A DNA stretch of 47,672 bases from Acidimicrobiia bacterium (GTDB lineage Bacteria; Actinomycetota; Acidimicrobiia; IMCC26256; PALSA-555). Location: the NCBI GenBank assembly GCA_035650535.1, contig DASRHL010000174.1:1-47672 (forward strand), read 5' to 3'. This document shows, piece by piece, positions 8,489-16,307 of this stretch (position 1 is the stretch's first letter; each line of letters opens with the position of its first letter). Under the pieces are notes generated by a model. The model saw only the letters and a list, made by a program, of their open reading frames with translations. It had not been told where the DNA came from and ran no database searches. The position numbers and the translations under genes are program-made.

Positions 8489-8869
8489 TCAGCCGCGGCC
8501 CGCGACGGAATGGATCGAGTCGAGGATCTCGCCCGGCGACTGGCCTTTGACGACGTAGCGCACCGCGCCCGCCGCGAGCATCTCCGCCTTCGCGGTCTCG
8601 TCGTCGTACGCAGAGAAGGCGATGACGCTCGTCCCGGGCGCGCGCGTCGTGATGGCACGCGTCGCGCTCGGGCCGCCGCCGGGCATCCGGACGTCGATGA
8701 TGGCGACGTCGGGCCGGAGTCGTTCGACGAGGTCGACCGCGCCGTCGGCATCGGTCGCCGTCGCCACCAGCTCGACGCCGGCATCGGTCGCGAGGTACGC
8801 GCTCAGCGCATCCCGCAGGATCGACTCGTCCTCGGCCAGCACCACCCGGATCGGGCGGGCGGCCGTCAC
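8489..8869 (-). CDS. Stand-alone receiver-domain response regulator (CheY-like, no output domain)
   Basis: ORF 8489..8869. IRVVLAEDE...DVAIIDVRMPGG...VVKG. The GTG start overlaps the stop of the upstream regulator (GTGA at 8866-8869). Confidence 0.8.
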   Translation of the reverse strand: MTAARPIRVVLAEDESILRDALSAYLATDAGVELVATATDADGAVDLVERLRPDVAIIDVRMPGGGPSATRAITTRAPGTSVIAFSAYDDETAKAEMLAAGAVRYVVKGQSPGEILDSIHSVAGRG

Positions 8870-9561
8870 TTGGCGCCGCCCGCGCGCACGATGCCGAGCC
8901 GCACTGCGACGGCGACGGCCTCGAGACGCGAGTGCGCCTGGAGCTTGGCCAAGATGCTGCGGATGTGGTTCCGGACGGTGTGCGTGCTCAACATCAGCGT
9001 CTGGACGATCTGATCGGTCGAGCGGCCCTCGGCGAGCATCGTCAGGACCTCGACCTCCCGCGGGGTGAGATCGTCGCCGAGCTCGGGACGCCGGGGCCGC
9101 AGGCGCGACACCAGCCCGTCGAGCAGCTCCGGCGGCACGACGATCTCGCCCGCGACCGCGCCGCGGATCGCGCGCACGAGATCGTCGACCTGGCGCTCCT
9201 TCGGCACGAAGCCGCTACACCCCGCCTCGAGCGCTTCCGCCGCGGTCTTCGCGTCGGCGTGTGCGGTGAGCATGACGACGTCGAGATCGGGGTTCTCCTC
9301 GCGGATGCGCGTCGTCGCGTTCGCGCCCGTGCCGTCGGGCAGGCGGTAGTCGACGACGACGACGCGCGGCCGGCGGATTCGCGCCATCTCGACGGCTTCC
9401 TCGACCGTGCCGGCACGCCCGACGACGTGGAAGTCGGGCACCTCGTTCAGCGCCAGGACGAGCGCCTCGGCGACGAGCTCGTGGTCGTCGACGATCAGGA
9501 CGGCGATGGACTCGCCCGTGTCGGTGAGACTCGGACCACCGGTCGGGGTCGTGTTCGCCAT
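8866..9561 (-). CDS. NarL/LuxR-family response regulator (REC + HTH_LuxR)
   Basis: ORF 8866..9693. VLIVDDHELV...VVVVDYRLPDG, and a C-terminal LTPREVEVLTMLAEGRSTDQIVQTLMLSTHTVRNHIRSILAKL. I prefer the ATG at 9561 (MANTTPTGG). Confidence 0.85.
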   Translation of the reverse strand: MANTTPTGGPSLTDTGESIAVLIVDDHELVAEALVLALNEVPDFHVVGRAGTVEEAVEMARIRRPRVVVVDYRLPDGTGANATTRIREENPDLDVVMLTAHADAKTAAEALEAGCSGFVPKERQVDDLVRAIRGAVAGEIVVPPELLDGLVSRLRPRRPELGDDLTPREVEVLTMLAEGRSTDQIVQTLMLSTHTVRNHIRSILAKLQAHSRLEAVAVAVRLGIVRAGGAK

Positions 9562-9793
9562 GTTGCCGTCCCACGCGGTCGGGCGCCGAGGCGCCGGTGT
9601 CGCGTCCGCCGGGGCCACGGGCCCCGGCGTCCTCCCGGGGCGCAAGGGTACTGCACCCTTCGCGCGGTCGGTATCTTCGTCGCCACGCTGCATGGCACGG
9701 GACCTTGGTCCGCGCGCCGGTGGCCCGGCTGGATCACGCGGATTCGACCCGTCCGTGTCTCCGTGGCCCGGGCGCGTCCTCCGATGCCATCAC

Positions 9794-10108
9794 ATGACTC
9801 GGCTCGAGCTCACCGGGGCGGACGACCGCACTGGGCGGTGGGCCCCGGCCGAGTCGGAAACCGTCGGTTCGACCGAGACCCTGGGCCTGCTCGTGCCGAT
9901 CCGGAGCGCGCGCGGGAGACGCCCGGGGCGGCGGTCGCCCGCAGGATCCTCCCCCGAGCGGCCCGGGCCGATCTCGTCCCCCGCGAATGGCTGCAGCTCG
10001 TCCTGCTACGCGCTGCGCTCGATCGGACCCTCGGACGGTGGTGGGGAGCACGTCGTCGTGCGACTGATCCATGTCGACGACGACGGACCGGACGGTGAGG
10101 CGGCCTGA
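9794..10108 (+). CDS. Hypothetical small protein (105 aa). Weak call.
   Basis: This is the internal ATG of ORF 9407..10108. Third-codon positions are mostly G/C by my hand count, much higher than in the same-register antisense frame. The stop codon is embedded in hairpin 10102-10119. The protein is R/G/S/P-rich with no motif I recognise. Confidence 0.25.
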   Translation: MTRLELTGADDRTGRWAPAESETVGSTETLGLLVPIRSARGRRPGRRSPAGSSPERPGPISSPANGCSSSCYALRSIGPSDGGGEHVVVRLIHVDDDGPDGEAA

Positions 10109-10178
10109 CCCATCAGGCCCTCCGCGGCAGGTCGCCTCACCGCCCCGGTAGCTCGCGAGTTCCCTAGACTCCGCGGCC

Positions 10179-10823
10179 GTGGAGGGCCGCGATACGCGGG
10201 GGCTGTGGCTCGAGATGACGAGCCGCGCGCCCGAGTCGTACGCGGCGGAGCGCGTGCCCGATGTGCTCTCCTTGCCCGGCGTCGAGCGCGCGACGTGGTG
10301 GGAGAACGTGCACGTCGACCGGGCCGACCTCCCCCGCGTCCTCCCCGAGTTCACGCTGCTCGGCGTCTACGAGGTCGGCGACGGGTTCGCGCCGCCGCCG
10401 ACGCCCGCGGACGTCGACGGGCTGCACTTCCGGCGCACCCCACGGCCCGGTCAGGGCAGCCTCTCGGGCCGGCCGACCATCGGTCTCTCGCTCGTCCTCA
10501 TCAGCCCGAACGACCCGGCCGACGCGCAGGCGCTGCGCGACTGGGGCGACTTCGTCCACATCCGCCGCATCGCGCAGGTCGGCGTCCCCGGCTACACGAT
10601 GATCACGCCCTACGAGAACGCGACCGGCGGCGACCCCCGGTACCTGCACTTCTACGAGATGGACACCGACGAGCCCGAGCTCGCGTTCAAGTCCATGACG
10701 CCGCTCGTCGAGGAGCGCTTCGGCCGTCAGGGCACACCCGAGTTCGCGGAGTGGGGTTGGCACGACGCGCTGCGCATCATGTACGTCAACACGTTCAAGC
10801 GGCTCGGCGAACGGCGCGCGTGA
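10179..10823 (+). CDS. Hypothetical protein (214 aa), function unknown
   Basis: ORF 10179..10823. Balanced composition (WWENVHVD, YLHFYEMDTDEPELAFKSM, WHDALRIMYVNTFKRL). I recognise no catalytic motif. Its stop overlaps the nitroreductase start (GTGA at 10820-10823). Confidence 0.6.
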   Translation: MEGRDTRGLWLEMTSRAPESYAAERVPDVLSLPGVERATWWENVHVDRADLPRVLPEFTLLGVYEVGDGFAPPPTPADVDGLHFRRTPRPGQGSLSGRPTIGLSLVLISPNDPADAQALRDWGDFVHIRRIAQVGVPGYTMITPYENATGGDPRYLHFYEMDTDEPELAFKSMTPLVEERFGRQGTPEFAEWGWHDALRIMYVNTFKRLGERRA

Positions 10824-11431
10824 CCGACGACGAACCCGGCTTCTTCGACGTCGTCCGCCGCCAGCGCGCCCACCGCGCGTTCGCACCCACACCCGTCGAG
10901 GACGCTGTCGTCGAACGGGTGCTCGAGTGCGCGACGTACGCGCCGAGCGCCGAGAACCGCCAGCCCTGGGTCTTCGTCGTCGTGCGTGACGACACGACCC
11001 GCGCCGCGATCGCCGACCTGACCGAGCGCGCCTGGGCCGCGGGCGGCAGGGCGTTCGCGGAGCAGCGGCTCGACCCGAAGCTGCTCGCCGAGGTCGACGA
11101 GGGGATCGCCGGTGGCGGCTACCGGGCCGCACCCGTGCTCGTCGTCGTGTGCGCCGACCTCGAGCGGTGCCTGCGCCAGACGGTGGCGTCGTCGATCTTC
11201 CCGGCCGTCCAGAACCTCCTCCTCGCCGCCGGCGCGCTGGGACTCGGATCGGCCCTCACGACGCTCGGGATCCAGGACGGCGCCGAGCTCACCGAGCTGC
11301 TCGCCCTCCCCGACCCGGTCGTTCCGCAGGCGGTCGTCCCCCTCGGCTACCCCGCCCGCCCGCTCGGCCTGTCGCGCCGCGACCCGGTCGCCACCCGCAC
11401 CCACCGCGACCGCTACGGCACCCCCTGGTAA
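10820..11431 (+). CDS. Nitroreductase-family (FMN-dependent) oxidoreductase (about 203 aa)
   Basis: This is the 3' part of ORF 10205..11431. VVRRQRAHRAFAPTPVEDAVVERVLECATYAPSAENRQPWVFVVV is the typical nitroreductase N-terminus. GTG at 10820. Confidence 0.85.
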   Translation: MTDDEPGFFDVVRRQRAHRAFAPTPVEDAVVERVLECATYAPSAENRQPWVFVVVRDDTTRAAIADLTERAWAAGGRAFAEQRLDPKLLAEVDEGIAGGGYRAAPVLVVVCADLERCLRQTVASSIFPAVQNLLLAAGALGLGSALTTLGIQDGAELTELLALPDPVVPQAVVPLGYPARPLGLSRRDPVATRTHRDRYGTPW

Positions 11432-11439
11432 TCCGCGAA

Positions 11440-12513
11440 TCAGAGGCGGACGGTCGCGCCGTCGTGGGCGGCCGACTCGCGGACAGCGTCGAGGACGACC
11501 ATCTCGGCGAGGCCGTCCGCGAAGGTCGGGACGGGCACCGAGGCGGAGGGCGGACGGCCGTCGACCCCGGCGCGCAGGCACTCGCAGAGCCGCGTGTACG
11601 GGCCGAGCTCGAGGTGCGTGAAGCGGTGGCGCGGGTCGTCGGTCGCCTCGGGAGCCGGTGGCAACGCGAGATCGGCCGGCGGTTCGAGGCGGCGCGTTCC
11701 GTCGCGGTCCGCCAGCCAGGCCTCGTCGCCGTCGATCCACACCGTGCCGTCGGTCCCGGCGACGCGGGTGGCGCCGGCCATGGGCCCCCAGGCGGCGGCG
11801 GTCTGCTGGAGGACGCCGTCGACGCCGGAGGCGAGGCGGAACCGGATCGTGAACGAGTCCTCGGCGACGGCGTCCCGCGCCGACACGACGGCGAGACGGG
11901 CGCTCACCTCGGCGAACTCGCCCAGCCACACCCGGATCTGGTCGACGACGTGCGATCCCGACGCGCCGAGCCATCCGCCACCCGCCCGCGGGTCGAACCA
12001 CCACGTGGGCACCGCCGCGGCCGGATCGGCGACGAGCGGCACGTACGAGAGGAACGTCGCGAAACGGGGCTCGCCGATCCGGCCCTCGGCGATGGCGCGC
12101 CCGACGGTCGCGCGGTCCGTCGCCCAGCGGAACTCGTGCCCGACGAGATGCGTGACGCCGGCACGCTCGGCGGCACCGAGCATCGCGCGCGCCTCTCCGG
12201 TGTCGAACGCGAACGGCTTCTCGCACAGCACGTGACGGCCCGCCTCCGCGGCGCGGATCGCGAGCTCGGCGTGCCCGGCCGGCGGCGTCGCGATCGTGAC
12301 CGCTTCCACGCCCACGATCGCGAGCGCGTCGTCGAGCGACGTGCACGCGCGCGCCACGCCGAGCCGGTCGGCACGCCGGCGCGTGCGGTCGGGATCGCGA
12401 CCGACCAGTGCCTCGACGGTGAAGCCGGCGGCGCGCAGGGCCGGGACGTGCACACGCGTCCCGAACCCGGTGCCGACGACGACGGCGCCCGGCGAGCGCT
12501 CCGGGCCGGCCAG
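11440..12513 (-). CDS. Gfo/Idh/MocA-family NAD(P)-dependent oxidoreductase. Start codon uncertain.
   Basis: ORF 11440..12615. Rossmann motif VVVGTGFGTRVHVPAL and the EKP motif HVLCEKPFA. The only in-frame start candidates upstream of the GxGxxG are the ATG at 12615 (101-nt overlap with the upstream gene) and the CTG at 12513 (preceded by GAGGGG). Confidence 0.75.
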   Translation of the reverse strand: MAGPERSPGAVVVGTGFGTRVHVPALRAAGFTVEALVGRDPDRTRRRADRLGVARACTSLDDALAIVGVEAVTIATPPAGHAELAIRAAEAGRHVLCEKPFAFDTGEARAMLGAAERAGVTHLVGHEFRWATDRATVGRAIAEGRIGEPRFATFLSYVPLVADPAAAVPTWWFDPRAGGGWLGASGSHVVDQIRVWLGEFAEVSARLAVVSARDAVAEDSFTIRFRLASGVDGVLQQTAAAWGPMAGATRVAGTDGTVWIDGDEAWLADRDGTRRLEPPADLALPPAPEATDDPRHRFTHLELGPYTRLCECLRAGVDGRPPSASVPVPTFADGLAEMVVLDAVRESAAHDGATVRL

Positions 12514-12514
12514 C

Positions 12515-13459
12515 TCAGTACCCCTCGTCGGCGTCCACGATGTCGTGCAGCGGCTGCCCCGCGAGGTAGCGCTCGAGGTTGTCGGCGAACAGCGCCACCA
12601 TCCGCTCGAAGCCACGCGGGGTGCTCCACGACACGTGCGCGCTCAGCCTGATCTTCGGGTGGGTGTACATCCAGTGGCCGGCGGGCAGCGGCTCGGGGTC
12701 GACCGTGTCGAGGCTCGCCATCGCGACGCGGCCGTCGTCGAGCGCGGCGCGCAGGGCGTCCTGGTCGATCAGCGCACCGCGGGCGATGTTCACGATGTGG
12801 ACGCCGGGCTTCACGAGCTTCAGCGAGTCCGCGTCGAGCATGCGCTGCGTCGCCGGCGTCGCCGGTGCGGCGACGACGACGTGGTCGGACGTCCCGAGCA
12901 GGTCGGGCAGGTCACGGGCGAGCTCGACCCCGGCGAGCGCCTCGCGGGCCGGGCGTCGGCGCAGCGCGCGCACGCGCATGTCGAAGGCCAGGGCGCGGCG
13001 CGCCACGGCCGTCCCGATGCCGCCGAGCCCGATGAGGCCGAGGGTCTGCCCGCAGAGCTCGTCGAGGTGCGCGACGTTCCAGCGCTCCGGCGGCTCCGTG
13101 ATCCAGACCTCGGGGAACTGCTTCGCGTACGCGAGGATCTCGCCCATCACGAACTCTGCGATGGGGATCGCGCTCGCGCCCCGCGCGCACGTCACCGTCC
13201 GTCCGCCGAGCAGCTCACGGGGCCACGCGTCGACGCCCGTTCCGGGGATGTGCATCCACTGCACCCCGAGCTCGTCGAGATGGTCGAAGATCGGGTGTCC
13301 GAGCCAGGACGCGAGGAGGATCTCGCCCGAGAGACCGTCGGCGAGCGCGTCCGCGAACTCCTCGGCGGGCGGGACGGCCACCACCTCGGCGTCCGGGTCG
13401 ACGGACAGCACCGCCTGCTCGCCGAGCTCGCGCATCATGTTGAGCACCCTGAGCGCCAT
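12515..13459 (-). CDS. D-isomer-specific 2-hydroxyacid dehydrogenase family protein
   Basis: ORF 12515..13459. NAD-binding GLIGLGGIGTAVARRA, VNIARG, and a catalytic His region. Confidence 0.85.
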   Translation of the reverse strand: MALRVLNMMRELGEQAVLSVDPDAEVVAVPPAEEFADALADGLSGEILLASWLGHPIFDHLDELGVQWMHIPGTGVDAWPRELLGGRTVTCARGASAIPIAEFVMGEILAYAKQFPEVWITEPPERWNVAHLDELCGQTLGLIGLGGIGTAVARRALAFDMRVRALRRRPAREALAGVELARDLPDLLGTSDHVVVAAPATPATQRMLDADSLKLVKPGVHIVNIARGALIDQDALRAALDDGRVAMASLDTVDPEPLPAGHWMYTHPKIRLSAHVSWSTPRGFERMVALFADNLERYLAGQPLHDIVDADEGY

Positions 13460-13558
13460 CCCCTGAACCTATCCGCGTCTGTTGGGAAACCTGCGCGTAC
13501 GGCGGAAGATGGCACAGACGCGATCACCGGCGTCGGAGGCACGCCAAGGTGGCACGGT

Positions 13559-14194
13559 TCAGGGGAGGAGTGTGCGCACCGCCGCGGCGAGGTCGTTGGC
13601 CCAGGCGACCGGATCGGCGAGGGGCCAGCCGCGGTCGGGGAGGTCGAAGTACTCGACCGACAGGCGGCCGCGGTAGCCCAGCGCGTCGAGGCGCGCGAGC
13701 ACGGCCGCGAAGTCGACGACGCCGGTCGGGTCGTCGACGTGGAGCTGCGTCGACCCGGGCCGTCCCTGGCGCAGCTGGACGTGTCCCGCGTACTCGAGCA
13801 GCTCGAGCGGGTCGCCGCCCCAGTCGGCCACGTGGCCGGTGTCGACCAGCAGGCGCAGGCCCGGTACCTCGGCCATCATCGCCCGCGCCGAGTCGAGCGA
13901 GTTCACCGCCGCGCCCGCCCACGGCTCCATGAGCGCGCCCGGCGCGGCCCGCCACCGCTTCACGCACCACTCCCACATGCCCTCGCCGGCCACGGGTGCC
14001 GGCGTCGAGCACCAGCCCGGCACCGGGCGCGGGAAGGCGGTCGGGCACCCGACGGGCAGGGCCAGGGTCGCCGGGTCGACGTCGACGGCGACGTCGACGT
14101 GGTCGAACCCGTCGGCCCGGGCGTGCTCGGCCCGGGCGACAACGTCGCCGTCGCTCCAGTAGACGACGTCGACGACCCCGAGCGGGTACCGCAC
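13559..14194 (-). CDS. Sugar-phosphate isomerase/epimerase-like (xylose-isomerase-like TIM barrel) protein
   Basis: ORF 13559..14194. LLVDTGHV...GHVQLRQ...SVEYFD is the pattern typical of the AP_endonuc_2/TIM-barrel family. It is shorter than usual at 211 aa. Confidence 0.5.
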   Translation of the reverse strand: MRYPLGVVDVVYWSDGDVVARAEHARADGFDHVDVAVDVDPATLALPVGCPTAFPRPVPGWCSTPAPVAGEGMWEWCVKRWRAAPGALMEPWAGAAVNSLDSARAMMAEVPGLRLLVDTGHVADWGGDPLELLEYAGHVQLRQGRPGSTQLHVDDPTGVVDFAAVLARLDALGYRGRLSVEYFDLPDRGWPLADPVAWANDLAAAVRTLLP

Positions 14195-14219
14195 GCCGAC
14201 GCGCCCGACCGACCGGCGC

Positions 14220-15122
14220 CTACGACTTGCCCGTGTACTCCATGCCGCTCGGCATCACCATCCCGACCGTCTGGAGGTGCTGACCGAGGGTCTGGTCGAA
14301 GTACTGGGCGACGAGCTCGGGCGTCCAGCCCCCGTCGCGCCACATCCACGCGATCTGCTTGGGGTGCTGGAACAGGGTGAACGCGTAGTCGGTGCGGCCG
14401 AGGATCTGGCCGTTCACATGCCCGGCCCGCTCCGACGCGAGGAACGCGACGAGCGGCGCGTTGTGCGCCGGGTTCTGCTCGGGCGGCGGCTCGGTGCCGG
14501 CACGCTCGTAGAGGCCTGCGGTCATCCGGGTCGCGCCGGCGGGCGCGACCGCGTTGACGGTGATGCCGTGGCGCCCGAGCTCGAGCGCCCAGATGAAGGT
14601 CAGGCCCATGAGCGCGGCCTTCGCCCCGCCGTAGTTGGTCTGCCCGAAGTTGCCTCGCAGCCCGGCCGACGAGGTGATGTTGATGATGCGGCCGTACCCG
14701 GCGTCCTTCATGCGGATCGCGGCGTGGTGCGCGCAGTTGAACGAGCCCTTGAGGTGGACGGCCATGACGGCGTCGAAGTCCTCTTCGGTCATCTTCACGA
14801 GCGTGCGGTCGCGCACGATCCCCGCGTTGTTGACGAGGATGTCGATCTTGCCGAACGCGTCGACGGCGGTTCCGACGATGCGTTCCGCGGCGGCGAAGTC
14901 GCTGACCGAGTCGTAGTTGGGGACGGCCTTGCCGCCGGACGCCTCGATCTCCTTGCAGACCTGCGCCGCCGGGTCGGCCTCGGTGCCCCGGCCGTCGACG
15001 CTGCCGCCCACGTCGTTGACGACGGTGCTCGCGCCCTCGCGCGCCATGCACAGGGCGAGCTCCCGGCCGATCCCGCGGCCGGAGCCGGTGACGACGGCGA
15101 CGCGTCCGTCGAGCAGCCCCAT
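14220..15122 (-). CDS. SDR-family oxidoreductase, 3-hydroxyacyl-CoA dehydrogenase-like (MFE-2/Hsd4A-type)
   Basis: ORF 14220..15122. VVTGSGRGIG, NNAG, and the catalytic YGGAKAA. It follows the MaoC gene with a 1-nt gap. Confidence 0.85.
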   Translation of the reverse strand: MGLLDGRVAVVTGSGRGIGRELALCMAREGASTVVNDVGGSVDGRGTEADPAAQVCKEIEASGGKAVPNYDSVSDFAAAERIVGTAVDAFGKIDILVNNAGIVRDRTLVKMTEEDFDAVMAVHLKGSFNCAHHAAIRMKDAGYGRIINITSSAGLRGNFGQTNYGGAKAALMGLTFIWALELGRHGITVNAVAPAGATRMTAGLYERAGTEPPPEQNPAHNAPLVAFLASERAGHVNGQILGRTDYAFTLFQHPKQIAWMWRDGGWTPELVAQYFDQTLGQHLQTVGMVMPSGMEYTGKS

Positions 15123-15123
15123 G

Positions 15124-15558
15124 TCAGCCTCCCACCGCGGCCGTGGCGGACCCGGTGAGCACCTCGACCCCGTCCTGGTTCTTCGCCGTCAGCTCGAGGT
15201 CGACGAGGGACTCGCCGCCCTCCTCCCGCTTGCCGGTGACCGTGGCGTCGAAGGTCAGCGTGTCGCCGGGCCAGACCTGCTTCGAGAACCGGACGTGGTA
15301 GCGGCGCATGGACTCCGGCCCGAACCAGTCCTTCACGACCCGGGCCATCAGCGCCGCGGTCAGCATGCCGTGCCCGAAGACCGACGGGTTGCCGACGGAG
15401 GTGGCGATCGTCTCGTCGTGGTGCATCGGGTTGAAGTCGCCGGACGCGCCCGCGTAGCGGACGAAGTTCGTGCGCGTCAGCTTCTCGACGACGAGCGGCG
15501 GCGCGGTGTCGCCGACCTCCAGGTCGGCGAACGACGGTGCGGTCGAGGCAGTGGTCAT
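15124..15558 (-). CDS. MaoC-like (R)-specific enoyl-CoA hydratase (hot-dog fold, 144 aa)
   Basis: This is the C-terminal part of ORF 15124..16320, with ATG at 15558. YAGASGDFNPMHHDETIA is the hydratase-2 motif. Confidence 0.85.
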   Translation of the reverse strand: MTTASTAPSFADLEVGDTAPPLVVEKLTRTNFVRYAGASGDFNPMHHDETIATSVGNPSVFGHGMLTAALMARVVKDWFGPESMRRYHVRFSKQVWPGDTLTFDATVTGKREEGGESLVDLELTAKNQDGVEVLTGSATAAVGG

Positions 15559-15589
15559 GTTTCGGAGCGTATCGCGAGCGGCCCGAAAC

Positions 15590-15605
15590 GTGACACAGGC
15601 GTCAT
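15590..15605. promoter_or_regulatory. TGAC-N6-GTCA palindrome (weaker site 4 of the recurrent motif) in the MaoC/TetR divergent region
   Basis: GTGACacaggcGTCAT lies 20 nt upstream of the TetR ATG. A TACCCT (-10-like) follows 17 nt after TGACA. A second inverted repeat, TTTCGG-N17-CCGAAA, lies at 15560-15588. Confidence 0.35.
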
Positions 15606-15624
15606 CTCCCTCTACCCTCGTCGG

Positions 15625-16263
15625 ATGGCCCAGAGACCGGCCGGAACCGGCGCGTCCCGGGTCGGCACCCCCGCGCAGGGCCGCGAGCTGCGCGCCCGCG
15701 GTCGCCGCACGCTCCGCCGCCTCCTCGACGCGGGCGTGGCGGTGTTCGCCGAGCGCGGGCTGCACGCGGCCCGGGTCGACGACATCGTGAAGGCGGCCAA
15801 GACCTCCCACGGCACCTTCTACCTCTACTTCGCCAACAAAGAGGACCTCTTCCGGGCCCTGGCCGTCGACGTGGCCGAGCACATGGTCGAGCTCGCGTCG
15901 GAGTTCCCCGCGTTCACGCCCGACGGCGACGGGCGCGGGGCGTTGCGCGACTGGCTCGGGCGCTTCGCCGACCTCTACGACCAGTACGGCCCCGTGATCC
16001 GGGCGTGGACCGAGGCGGAGATCGTCGACAGCGAGTTCGGCCGCATCGGCGGGGAGCTCGTCGTGCGCTTCGCGGCCTGCCTGGCCGAGCGCATCGGCGC
16101 CGCGGCCCCCGACGTCGACCCGGAGGTCGCCGCCCTCGCGATCGTCGCCATGATCGAGCGCAGCAGCTACTACGTGCTCTCGCGCCAGCTCGAGGTCGGC
16201 CGCGAGGAGATGCTCGACACGCTCGCGACCGTCACTCGCGCCGCGGTCTACGGACCGGCATGA
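15625..16263 (+). CDS. TetR/AcrR-family transcriptional regulator (212 aa)
   Basis: This is the 3' part of ORF 14917..16263, with ATG at 15625. LLDAGVAVFAERGLHAARVDDIVKAAKTSHGTFYLYFANKEDLF is the TetR HTH. It is divergent from the MaoC-SDR pair. Confidence 0.85.
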   Translation: MAQRPAGTGASRVGTPAQGRELRARGRRTLRRLLDAGVAVFAERGLHAARVDDIVKAAKTSHGTFYLYFANKEDLFRALAVDVAEHMVELASEFPAFTPDGDGRGALRDWLGRFADLYDQYGPVIRAWTEAEIVDSEFGRIGGELVVRFAACLAERIGAAAPDVDPEVAALAIVAMIERSSYYVLSRQLEVGREEMLDTLATVTRAAVYGPA

Positions 16264-16307
16264 GACCTCGGAGGCGACACCCGCCGGCGGAGACGCCGGG
16301 TTATATT

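Noticed and set aside
9738-9870. T-loop-like GGATTCGACCC (about 9741) and GGTTCGACC (about 9857) as a possible tRNA, tRNA-Sec or tmRNA
   Set aside because: The flanking bases do not form a 5-bp T-stem with a 7-nt loop, and I could not build an acceptor or anticodon arm. I detect no tRNA in the window.
9734-10354. 206-aa minus-strand ORF in the large gap
   Set aside because: It is extremely R/G/P-rich. Its codon register is the mirror of the plus ORF and has the poorer third-position GC. Its 5' part overlaps the real gene at 10179.
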